Positions 9,639 to 18,153 of a stretch of 64,000 nt of DNA are shown piece by piece. The notes under the pieces were generated by a model. It did not search any database, had not been told where the DNA came from, and worked only from the letters and a program-made list of their open reading frames with translations. Both the position numbers and the translations under genes were made by a program. Each line of letters opens with the position of its first letter. Position 1 is the stretch's first letter. The DNA is from Myxococcota bacterium (GTDB lineage: Bacteria; Myxococcota_A; Polyangia; Nannocystales; Nannocystaceae): NCBI GenBank assembly GCA_039028615.1, contig JBCCHT010000011.1:64001-128000 (forward strand). Reading direction: 5' to 3'.

Positions 9639-10504
9639 CAGGCGCGAGCCTCGAGCAACAGGGCCACGTGGTGGCCACCCGGAGAGAACGCGTGCACCAG
9701 CGCTCGGTCGTGCTCCAGCTCGTGGCGTGCCGCATCCGGGGTGTAGCCGGCGACCAGCGCCGCCGCGGCGAGCACCGCATCGATGGCCCCCGCGGCGGCT
9801 CCTTCGGTGGGCACTGCGGACCGCGTCGTACAGGACGGCACCTGCGGCCAGCGCTCTTCGATCACGCGACGCTCGGCGTCGGCGTGCGCGGGTTGATCGT
9901 CGGTCGCGAACCGGTGGACGTAGCCGAGGGCGGGCGAACCGACGGCTGCCCAGGCGCCATCCATCGCTCGCGTCACCGCGGTCTCGTCGAGGGTCTGAGC
10001 GTCGGTGTTGCCGGTCGCCTCGGCACTCGCGGCGAGCCGGACGAAGGCGTCGCCGTGTTTCTCGACGAGCACCAGCGCGCCCTGATCGTCGTCGATGCCT
10101 CCGACCAGGACGGCATCGGCCAAAGACGCTCGGAGCATGCGCTCGGCGGATGCCAACGCCTTTGCCCCGCCGGCTCCGGTCGCGGCGACGTGATAGGCCG
10201 GACCCGCCACGCCCGCTCGGCGGCGCACCAGGCCCAGCACGGACGACAAGCGGGTCAGCGGTTGATCGATGGTGGGCGCACAGCTGCCCAGGATGACGGC
10301 GACCCTCGAAGCTCCCCAGCGCGCACATGCATCGGCGCAGTGCGAGCCCAGGTCGTCGAGCAGTGCACTCGCGACGGCTTCCGGCTCGAGGGCGCGAGCG
10401 GCCGGAGTCGTTGCAGCCGCTTCGTGCAATCGGTCGAGCAGGACGCCCGCTTCGTCACCCCCGGGATGACGCAGCGACCACGCCGTGAGGGGAAACCCAG
10501 CCAT
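9638..10504 (-). CDS. Degenerate (non-catalytic) FabF/ApeO-like beta-ketoacyl synthase
   Basis: RWGASRVAVILGS, GPAYHVAATGAGGAKALASAERML..LADAVLVGGID, GAAAGAIDAV and AFSPGGHHVALLL track the KS fold. Catalytic Cys and both His are absent. Confidence 0.75.
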   Translation of the reverse strand: MAGFPLTAWSLRHPGGDEAGVLLDRLHEAAATTPAARALEPEAVASALLDDLGSHCADACARWGASRVAVILGSCAPTIDQPLTRLSSVLGLVRRRAGVAGPAYHVAATGAGGAKALASAERMLRASLADAVLVGGIDDDQGALVLVEKHGDAFVRLAASAEATGNTDAQTLDETAVTRAMDGAWAAVGSPALGYVHRFATDDQPAHADAERRVIEERWPQVPSCTTRSAVPTEGAAAGAIDAVLAAAALVAGYTPDAARHELEHDRALVHAFSPGGHHVALLLEARA

Positions 10505-10511
10505 GAGAAGG

Positions 10512-12086
10512 CTAGCGACGCCCGCCGGACTTCTTGCCCCGGGTGCTCTTCTTCTTCGCCGCCGGGGCTTTCTTCGCGCTCTTCTTCGCAGCCGGGGCCT
10601 TCTTCGCGCTCTTCTTCGCCGCCGGGGCTTTCTTCGCGCTCTTCTTCGCAACCGGGGCCTTCTTCGCGCTCTTCTTCTTCGCCGCGGGGGCTTTTTTCGC
10701 GCTCTTCTTCGCCGCCGGAGCCTTCTTCGCGCTCTTCTTCGCGGCGGGGGCCTTCTTCGCCGCCGGGGCCTTCTTCGCGCTCTTCTTCGCCGCCGGAGCC
10801 TTGGCCGCCTTCTTCTTGGCGGTCGGCGCCTTCGCCGTCTTCTTCGCCGCGGGGGCCTTTGCCGTCTTCTTCGCGGCCGGAGCCTTCGCGGCCTTCTTCG
10901 CCGCGGGTGCCTTTGCCGTCTTCTTCGCGGCCGGTGCCTTCGCGGCCTTCTTCGCCGCGGGGGCCTTCGCCGTCTTCTTCGCGGCCGGTGCCTTCGCGGC
11001 CTTCTTCGCCGCGGGGGCCTTCGCCGTCTTCTTCGCTGCCTTCTTCGCCGCGGGGGCCTTTGCCGTCTTCTTCGCTGCCTTCTTCGCCGCAGGCTCTTGC
11101 TTCGCGCTTTTCTTCGCTACCGGAGCCTTCTTCGGTGCAGGAGCTTGCTCCGTGCTCTTCTTCGCCGCCGGGGCCTTTGCTGGCGCTTTCTTGGCGTTCT
11201 TCTTCGCCGCCGGAGCCTTCTTCGCGCTCTTCTTCTTCGCCGTGGGGGCCTTCGCTGCCTTCTTTGCCGCGGGGGCCTTCGCCGTCTTCTTGGCGGCCTT
11301 CTTCGCCTCAGGCTCTTGCTTCGCGCTCTTCTTCGCTACCGGAGTTTTCTCCGTGCTCTTCTTCGCCGCCGAGGCCTTCGCTGCCTTCTTTTTTGCTGGC
11401 GCTTTCTTGGCGCTCTTCTTCGCCGCCGGAGCCTTGGCCGCCTTCTTCTTCGCTGCCTTCTTCGCTGCGGGTTTGGTCTCGGCCTTGTCCTCGGACTCGC
11501 TCACCGACTCCTCCGAAGCGGGTTCGGGAGCAGCATCGGCGGCCTCACCATTCTCGCCGCCCGCCGTCGAATCGTCCGCCTTTGCCTCGTCCTCGGCCGC
11601 GGGCTCGGCCTTCTTGGCGCTCTTGTTCTTGCCGGCCTTCTTCTTGCTCGCCGCTTTCTTCTTCTTGCCGGACTTCTTGGCCTCGGTCTCCTCGACGACC
11701 TCGGCCTCTTCGGCGGGCGCAGCTTCCTCTTCGTCCACCTCCCAGAACCCGATCTGCGTCCCACCGGGATCTTCGACGATCGCCAGCGCACCGAAGCCGG
11801 GCACGGGCGTGTAGTCGACGACGACCTCGCCACCGGCCCCACGCACCTTGCGGAGCAGGGCCTTGATGTTGGGCACGCCGACGTAGGGGACCCAGTGCGA
11901 GGGGCGGCTGTCGTCGGGGTTGGGCTGGAGGCCACCGTCGAGGCCGGAGGGGGTGCGGATCTGGGTGTAGCTGGATTCACCAACGTCGACGTCGACGAAG
12001 TCCCAGTCGAACAAGGCGTCGTAGAAGCTACGGACCTTGGCGGGGGCAGTCGTGTTGAGCTCGAAGTGGACGAAGGCGTGGCGCAT
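10512..12086 (-). CDS. VOC (glyoxalase/bleomycin-resistance) domain fused to an acidic linker and a histone-H1/AlgP-like Lys-Ala-Pro tail
   Basis: FVHFEL..FYDALFDW...WVPYVGV...GGEVV...DPGGTQIGFW, then more than 300 aa of AAKKxAKKAP repeats. Confidence 0.9.
   Translation of the reverse strand: MRHAFVHFELNTTAPAKVRSFYDALFDWDFVDVDVGESSYTQIRTPSGLDGGLQPNPDDSRPSHWVPYVGVPNIKALLRKVRGAGGEVVVDYTPVPGFGALAIVEDPGGTQIGFWEVDEEEAAPAEEAEVVEETEAKKSGKKKKAASKKKAGKNKSAKKAEPAAEDEAKADDSTAGGENGEAADAAPEPASEESVSESEDKAETKPAAKKAAKKKAAKAPAAKKSAKKAPAKKKAAKASAAKKSTEKTPVAKKSAKQEPEAKKAAKKTAKAPAAKKAAKAPTAKKKSAKKAPAAKKNAKKAPAKAPAAKKSTEQAPAPKKAPVAKKSAKQEPAAKKAAKKTAKAPAAKKAAKKTAKAPAAKKAAKAPAAKKTAKAPAAKKAAKAPAAKKTAKAPAAKKAAKAPAAKKTAKAPAAKKTAKAPTAKKKAAKAPAAKKSAKKAPAAKKAPAAKKSAKKAPAAKKSAKKAPAAKKKSAKKAPVAKKSAKKAPAAKKSAKKAPAAKKSAKKAPAAKKKSTRGKKSGGRR
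10515..11475 (-). repeat. Coding tandem repeats (27-33 bp units) encoding AAKKSAKKAP / AAKKTAKAP / AAKKAAKAP
   Basis: Repeated CTTCTTCGCCGCCGGGGC-type units on the + strand. Confidence 0.95.
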
Positions 12087-12197
12087 CGAGGAAAGCTCCG
12101 GGTTGGGCGCCCGTATTACTACGCAGCCCGAGGGGCATCAATGTGGCGGATTCCGTGACCGTGCCTCGACGACCCCGGGCTGCTACCGTGAGGGCCA

Positions 12198-13811
12198 ATG
12201 GCCGTTTTGCGCGCTGCTGTGTGCCTGTGCTTGGGGGGTCTGGCGGCCTGCCTCGCCGAGCCGCTGCCTCCCGACTACGGGGGAGACGCGGTGTGGGCCC
12301 CGATCGACTTCGAGGGATCGGCCGATCGCAACGAGCCGGTGGGACCGGTCGACCCCGACGCGCAGCGACCCGCAGGGCCCATCCAGCTGGTCGATGTCAG
12401 CGATGCGGCGGGGCTGTCGGGGGTGGCCGCGGGGGGCAATACCCACGGGGTGGGCGTGGCCTTTGCCGATCTCGACGGCGACGACTGGGCCGATATCGTG
12501 GTGATCAACGGCACGAGCAACGTGACGGGCCAGAACTTTCCCTCGCGGATGCTCCGCAATCGCGGCGATGGCACCTTCGAGGACGTGACCGAGGCCTCGG
12601 GCCTGGGCGCTGCGCTCGGCGGCCTCGATGGCTACTCGATCGCCACCGGCGACGTGGACGGCGATGGAGACATCGATCTGTACGTAGGGGCTCAACCTAC
12701 CGATCGGCTGCTGCGCAACCAGGGCGACGGCACCTTCATCGACGACACGGCGGCCTCGGGTGCAGGCGGGCCTCCGTCCGAGCCAGCGCTGGTCGGCGAC
12801 GGCAAGAGCAAGGTGGTGTCGATGGGCGACGTGGACGACGACGGCGACCTCGACATCGTCTCCGCCTCGAGCACCCTCCCCTTCCCCGGGGCGTACCTGC
12901 TGCGCAACGAAGGCGATGGCTCCTTCGTCGACGTCACCGAGGACAGCGGGGTGCAGATCAACCCCTCGGGCAATCCCTGCGCGGTGATGTGGAGCGACTA
13001 CGACACCGATGGCGACCGCGACCTCTGGATCTGGAACGACCGCGGCGGCAAGATCTTGCTGGCCAACGAGGGCGGCCGGCTCCGCGACGCGACGGCGGCG
13101 GCCGGCCTCGACGCGGTGCAGATCTTCAACCCGATGGGCATCGACGGCGCCGACATCGATCACGACGGCGACCTCGACTACTACGTCTCGAACATCGGCG
13201 ATAACCCGCTGCTGCGCAACAACGGCAACGGGACCTTCGTGGACATCACCGATCGGGCGGGCACGGGGGGCCAGTATGGCTGGGGCCTGGGCTTCGAGGA
13301 CTTCGACGGCGACGGCTGGGCGGACATCTTCGTGGCGCAAGAAGACGATCGCCCGGAGCTGGTGTTCCACAACCGCGGCGAGAGCCCGCCCGCGTTCGAC
13401 GAGATCGCGGTGCCCCACCCGGCCGTGCTCCACACCGGGGCCGCCCACAACGTGGCGGTGGCCTTCGCCGACTTCGACCACGACGGCCGCACCGACGCCC
13501 TGACCGCCCGCACCGATGGTTCTCGCGTCACGCTGTATCGCAACGAGACCGATCTCGGCACCCACGGCACGCTGGACGTGGTGATCGACCGCGAGGCGGT
13601 CGGGGCCCGCATCGCAGTGGCAACCGGCGATCTGGTGCAGTTCGAGGACATCACGGGCGGCTCGAGCCGCGCCTCGAACAACGAGCTGAGCGCACGCTTC
13701 GGGCTGGGTCAGTACCTGGGAGCCGACTGGGTCGCCGTGCTGTGGCCCAGCGGCGGTCAGTCGGTGGTCCGCAACGTCGGGGCGGGACAGCGCCTGCGGT
13801 TCACCGAGTGA
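12198..13811 (+). CDS. CRTAC1-family FG-GAP repeat lipoprotein with a C-terminal ASPIC/UnbV domain
   Basis: Lipobox LAAC, repeated D(L/V)DGDGDxD and RNxGDGTFxD motifs, C-terminal GARI...RFGLG...VLWPSG. Confidence 0.92.
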   Translation: MAVLRAAVCLCLGGLAACLAEPLPPDYGGDAVWAPIDFEGSADRNEPVGPVDPDAQRPAGPIQLVDVSDAAGLSGVAAGGNTHGVGVAFADLDGDDWADIVVINGTSNVTGQNFPSRMLRNRGDGTFEDVTEASGLGAALGGLDGYSIATGDVDGDGDIDLYVGAQPTDRLLRNQGDGTFIDDTAASGAGGPPSEPALVGDGKSKVVSMGDVDDDGDLDIVSASSTLPFPGAYLLRNEGDGSFVDVTEDSGVQINPSGNPCAVMWSDYDTDGDRDLWIWNDRGGKILLANEGGRLRDATAAAGLDAVQIFNPMGIDGADIDHDGDLDYYVSNIGDNPLLRNNGNGTFVDITDRAGTGGQYGWGLGFEDFDGDGWADIFVAQEDDRPELVFHNRGESPPAFDEIAVPHPAVLHTGAAHNVAVAFADFDHDGRTDALTARTDGSRVTLYRNETDLGTHGTLDVVIDREAVGARIAVATGDLVQFEDITGGSSRASNNELSARFGLGQYLGADWVAVLWPSGGQSVVRNVGAGQRLRFTE

Positions 13812-15124
13812 AGGCGCGCGCCAAGTTGGGCGGGCTGCGATGGCGCCTCACCGCGCTGGTCTACCGTGACGCCGCCAAGGCCTACGGCATGGGTATGGCG
13901 CTGGTGTTGCTGCCGCTGGTGTACCTGTATCGAGAGTGGCCGCCGTGGGAGATCCGCGATGCGCTATATGCCGCCTCGCCTTCGGTTCGTGCGTGGCTGA
14001 TCGCGGCCGCCCATGCGCTCTACGGCCTGGCCTCCGCGCCCGTGGTGCGGCAGCTGCTGGCCTCGGAGCGACTGCGATGGTGGTGGGCACTGCCCTTGTC
14101 GGGGCGCTGGTGGCAAGCGGTGCACGTGCGGCACCTGGTGCTGCTCGACGCGCCATGGCTGGTGGCCATCGCCTACGGAGCGACACCGTGGGCGGCGCGT
14201 GAAGACCCGCTCACCGCCATCGCCGTCGCGTCGACCTTCGCCACGATGACGGTGGCCGGGCAGATCGCGCTGGCCAGCGCCACCGATCGACCCTGGGCGT
14301 GGCGGGGGCTCGCTCTGCTCGCGTGGGCCTCGGGGGCATGGATCGCCGTGTTGCTCCCGACGTGGCTCGGAGCCCCGCTGGCCGCCGCCGCCCTGGTGCC
14401 CGCAATCGTCCGCCTCCGCCGACCCCTGCCCGAAGCTCGCGCTCGCATGCGAGGCTCCGCGGGCGGTCACCCCGTGCTCGCGCTGGCTCGCCTCGGCTGG
14501 CTCGCCGTTCGCCGCCGAGAACCCATCGCGATGACCTGGGGGATCGTGATGCAGCTGTCCGCGGTGGCATTGGTCGGCCTGGCGCTGGTGCACGTCGGCT
14601 CGACGCAGTTCGACGCGGTGCGATCGCTTCAGCGAGGCATGGCCGTCGTCTCGGCCATGGCGGGGACGGCCCTGGTCCTGCGAGCAGTGCGGATCATCGA
14701 CGGCGATCGACCCCTGCTCGACAGCTGGGGCATCGAGACTCGACACGAACGATGGGCGCGCTTGTTGTTGGCGGCCACTGGAGTCCTGCCCGCGCTGGTG
14801 ATCGGCTCGGTGGTGTTGCCCGTCCTCCATCCAGTGGGGCAGTGGTGGCCGATGGATCAGGCCATCGCGCTCTCGTGGGCCACCGTCACCCTGGTTGCCA
14901 CCGACTACGTCGCCGAGGCCAGGCGCCAGCTGCATGAGCCTCGCTTCAATCGCCTGATGCTGCGCACGGCGGTGGCGGCCGTGCTGGTGGTAGGTGCAGG
15001 TACGACCCTGGTGTTGGTGCCCTGGGCAGCGCTCGCGGCCTGGCGATTGCCCTCCGTCCAAAGGCGCGCCCAAACGGCCAGAATGCGGTTCGAGACCACC
15101 CGCAGCGACGATCATCGCAACTGA
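13808..15124 (+). CDS. Multi-pass membrane protein (possible ABC-exporter permease)
   Basis: GTGA overlap with the upstream gene; about 10-12 hydrophobic helices. Confidence 0.7.
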   Translation: MKARAKLGGLRWRLTALVYRDAAKAYGMGMALVLLPLVYLYREWPPWEIRDALYAASPSVRAWLIAAAHALYGLASAPVVRQLLASERLRWWWALPLSGRWWQAVHVRHLVLLDAPWLVAIAYGATPWAAREDPLTAIAVASTFATMTVAGQIALASATDRPWAWRGLALLAWASGAWIAVLLPTWLGAPLAAAALVPAIVRLRRPLPEARARMRGSAGGHPVLALARLGWLAVRRREPIAMTWGIVMQLSAVALVGLALVHVGSTQFDAVRSLQRGMAVVSAMAGTALVLRAVRIIDGDRPLLDSWGIETRHERWARLLLAATGVLPALVIGSVVLPVLHPVGQWWPMDQAIALSWATVTLVATDYVAEARRQLHEPRFNRLMLRTAVAAVLVVGAGTTLVLVPWAALAAWRLPSVQRRAQTARMRFETTRSDDHRN

Positions 15125-15230
15125 GCCGATCGCCGCGTCGATCCCGCGGGCCCTCGATCCGGGGCCACGAAAAAACGCGAGATCGAGCTGTAATGATCCG
15201 TACCCGGGAGCAACGTAGGGCCAGGAGCCA

Positions 15231-15890
15231 ATGCCCCGCGCACCTTCGCAACCAGCGCTGTCGCGCCCCATCGACCTCGCCGAGCGGCGAGTCGCTCGCG
15301 ATCGCGTGCCCTCGTCGGACGCGACTTCGACCGAAGCGCTGGTGACTCGAGCGCAACGCGGAGATGTGCAGGCCTGGTCGAGGCTCTACCAAGAATACTT
15401 CGACGCGGTGTTCCGCCACGTCTGCTACCTGACCGGCGACCCGCCCTTGGCCGAGGACCTGGTGCAGGAGGCCTTCGCCCGGGCGATGACCAGCGTCTCC
15501 AGCTACGACGGCCGGGCCAGCTTCGTGACCTGGCTGCGAGCCATCGCGCTCAACGTGGTACGCATGCACTGGCGCCGGGCTCGGACCACCGACCGGGTCC
15601 AAGGCGATCTCGAGCGCATGCACGAGGTCGCTCCGCCCGCGGGCACGCCCGAGAAGCAGCACGCTCAGGACCAACGCATGCAGGCCATCTACGAGATTCT
15701 GGGTACGCTCCCGGGGCATCTCCGCGAGGCCTTCGTGCTGCGCGAGCTCGAGGGGTTGTCGACCCGCGACGCCGCGCACCAGCTGGGCATCTCTCCCGGC
15801 AACCTGGCTGTACGGGCCACCCGCGCCCGTCAGCGCATCCGTACCGAGCTGTCGCGCCGCGGCTGGCTCGGCCAGGAGGGCCAGGCATGA
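15231..15890 (+). CDS. ECF-family RNA polymerase sigma factor
   Basis: Region 2 AEDLVQEAF...SFVTWLRAIALN; region 4 LPGHLREAFVLRELEGLS...AHQLGIS; AGGAG RBS. Confidence 0.95.
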   Translation: MPRAPSQPALSRPIDLAERRVARDRVPSSDATSTEALVTRAQRGDVQAWSRLYQEYFDAVFRHVCYLTGDPPLAEDLVQEAFARAMTSVSSYDGRASFVTWLRAIALNVVRMHWRRARTTDRVQGDLERMHEVAPPAGTPEKQHAQDQRMQAIYEILGTLPGHLREAFVLRELEGLSTRDAAHQLGISPGNLAVRATRARQRIRTELSRRGWLGQEGQA

Positions 15891-16876
15891 CCGCCAGCGA
15901 GGCATGGCTCGACGACGCCCGAGAGGCGATCGAGCGGCGGATCGACGCGAGCGGGGCCACCCCCGATTTCCTCGATGTCGTGACGCGAGCCCATGCGCTC
16001 GATCCCAAGGCGGTGCCCGAGTCGATGCTCGAGCAGGCAGATGCCCTGGCTCCGGTCATCGAGCTCGACGAAGAGCGCGAGCGAGGAGCCGACCCCGACG
16101 AGCAGCGTCTCGACGAATGGCTCGGCGATGTGCGAAGCGCCATGGATCGCCGCGTGGAGGCCCGCAAGTACGGCCCCACGCCCGCGCTCATCGTGCCGCG
16201 ACGCGATCGTCGAATGGTGTGGTGGGTCGGTGGTGCGGTGGCGGCCGCCGTCGCGTTGGCCTTTGCCATCGTGCCGATGGTCAACTCCATGTCGCTGCGC
16301 ACGGCCGATCCTTCCGAGCAGGCCCTACACATCAAGGAGTCCAGCGGCACGACGGGTACGGTGCAAGAGCAGGAGCCCGCCGCCGAGCCTCTGAGACCCC
16401 GTCGCACGCGATCGCCCGTCGTCGAGCCCGAGCCCGAGCCGGAACCCGTCCCCGAGGTCGTCGAGGCGGAGCCCGAGCCCGAGCCTTCGTCGTCGCGCTC
16501 CCGACCGCGACGCGATCGCTTCGCCGCCCTGGCCGACCGCGCCCAGACCTACTGGCGCGAAGGCCAACGAGACGAGGCCCAGCGCGTCTTCGTCCGCATC
16601 ACCAAGGAAGCCGGCCGTAGTCGCGCCGCCGAGATGGCCTATGCGGACCTGTTCACCCTGGCGCACCAGGCCCGCGACGAAAAGGCTCAACGCCGCTGGT
16701 GGCGGGCCTATCTGCGACGCTTCCCCCACGGGCGGTTCGCGGACGACGCCCGCGCCGGCTTGTGCCGCAGCGAGGCCTCGGGTAAGCGAACAGAGTGTTG
16801 GTCGGAGTATCTCCACGACTTCCCTCGCGGCTCGTTCCGCGCGGAAGCCAAGGCCGCGACCCACGACGGTGAGTGA
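15887..16876 (+). CDS. Putative anti-sigma factor (one TM, Pro/Glu linker, C-terminal TPR/BamD-like domain)
   Basis: ATGA-coupled to the ECF gene; central TM; YLRRFPHGRFA and YLHDFPRGSFRAEA motifs. Confidence 0.75.
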   Translation: MTASEAWLDDAREAIERRIDASGATPDFLDVVTRAHALDPKAVPESMLEQADALAPVIELDEERERGADPDEQRLDEWLGDVRSAMDRRVEARKYGPTPALIVPRRDRRMVWWVGGAVAAAVALAFAIVPMVNSMSLRTADPSEQALHIKESSGTTGTVQEQEPAAEPLRPRRTRSPVVEPEPEPEPVPEVVEAEPEPEPSSSRSRPRRDRFAALADRAQTYWREGQRDEAQRVFVRITKEAGRSRAAEMAYADLFTLAHQARDEKAQRRWWRAYLRRFPHGRFADDARAGLCRSEASGKRTECWSEYLHDFPRGSFRAEAKAATHDGE

Positions 16877-17181
16877 TGACGCTTCGTAGCCTTCGTCTGC
16901 TGTGCATGGTGGCGCTACCGCTGACGGTGGCGTGTGCCGTGCGGGAGCATGTCGTCGAGATCGGTGAGACCGAGCACGAAGACGAGATGCCGGACAAAGG
17001 CGAAGAGCCCGAAGAAACCGAAGAGACCGACGCGGCGGGCGAGGGCGAAGCGCCCGCCGACGCAGGCGCCGATGCGGACCTCGAAGACACGTCGACCAGT
17101 GACGCGGAAGAGTGCACCGAGGACGACTGCCACGACACCGAGGATCACGACGCGGACGAGTCCGAGTCGGATTCCGAGTAG
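16873..17181 (+). CDS. Small acidic lipoprotein
   Basis: Lipobox-like TVAC; D/E-rich mature part; overlaps the upstream stop. Confidence 0.75.
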   Translation: MMTLRSLRLLCMVALPLTVACAVREHVVEIGETEHEDEMPDKGEEPEETEETDAAGEGEAPADAGADADLEDTSTSDAEECTEDDCHDTEDHDADESESDSE

Positions 17182-17214
17182 AGCCCTCGGACGCGGTGCC
17201 CCTCCCGTCGCTTG

Positions 17215-17238
17215 GTGACACACGAAGATCCGTGTCAC
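17215..17238. promoter_or_regulatory. Inverted repeat GTGACAC-N10-GTGTCAC, candidate operator
   Basis: Perfect 7-bp inverted repeat in the intergenic region ahead of the second acidic lipoprotein. Confidence 0.35.
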
Positions 17239-17490
17239 GAGCGAGGCGGGAGGGCCCCATCGCATTGCCGCGACATCGAGAGTCATGACACTTCGAATCG
17301 TTCGAAGTTTCACACTCGACAAGACGCGATCATCACGATCGCGTTCTTCAATTCGCACACTTTCTTCATTCCCACATTTTGTTCAATCGTCGGATTTTTC
17401 TTCATCGGATGCGTAATCGATCGAGCCCGTGCGCATCTAGGGGGATGAAGACGACGACGCAGGTCGCCCCAAACCGAAACGAAGATTCAG

Positions 17491-18039
17491 ATGCTCGACA
17501 TTACTCAACTGACTCGCAAGCTCCACGTTCTCCTTACCGCCAGCGCCCTGATGACGCTCGGCATGACCGGTTGTGACATCTCGATCAGCGAAGGCAGCGA
17601 TCGCGATCGCGAAGACGAGATCGAGGGCGAGGAGACCGAGGGCGAAGAGACCGAAGAAGACGAGGGCGAAGAGGGCGAGGAGACCGAAGAGGACGACGGT
17701 GAAGACGACGGAGCCGGCGAGTGCGTCTGCGAAGACGAGGACGAGGACGAGGACGAGGACGGCGACGACGAGGACGGCGAAGACACCGACGGTGAGGACT
17801 CCGAGGACTCCGAAGATTCCGACGGCGACGACGAAGACGCCGAGGGCGACGATGAAGACTCCGAGGACTCCGAGGGCGACGACGAAGACGGAGACGACGA
17901 AGACGCCTGCAGCTGTGACGACGGCGACGACGACGACAAAGGCGAGGACGCCGACGGAGAGGGCAAGGGCGAGGATGATGAGGACGCGGACGGTGAGGAT
18001 GCCGACGGCGAGGACGCTGACGGCGACAATGCCGAGTAA
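17491..18039 (+). CDS. Extremely Asp/Glu-rich lipoprotein
   Basis: Signal peptide with MTGC lipobox; mature chain mostly D/E/G with two CxC motifs. Confidence 0.85.
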   Translation: MLDITQLTRKLHVLLTASALMTLGMTGCDISISEGSDRDREDEIEGEETEGEETEEDEGEEGEETEEDDGEDDGAGECVCEDEDEDEDEDGDDEDGEDTDGEDSEDSEDSDGDDEDAEGDDEDSEDSEGDDEDGDDEDACSCDDGDDDDKGEDADGEGKGEDDEDADGEDADGEDADGDNAE

Positions 18040-18153
18040 CGCCACCGACTGAGCGACAACGCTCCCCCTCCAGGGAGCTCGGGCCATGACCCGGGCTCCC
18101 ATCATTCGTGGGCTTCGCCGAAACCCTTCGTCGCGTTATTCTGCGCTCCAACC

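Noticed and set aside
9012..10504. Functional aryl-polyene or type II PKS cluster
   Set aside because: The catalytic triad is missing and there are no ACP, reductase, dehydratase or ligase genes nearby.
10485..12158. Long + strand ORFs (FFAAGAFF..., LLRRRG...) and a CRISPR-like periodicity
   Set aside because: Antisense shadows of the AAKK coding repeat. There are no unique spacers and no cas genes, so this is not a CRISPR array.
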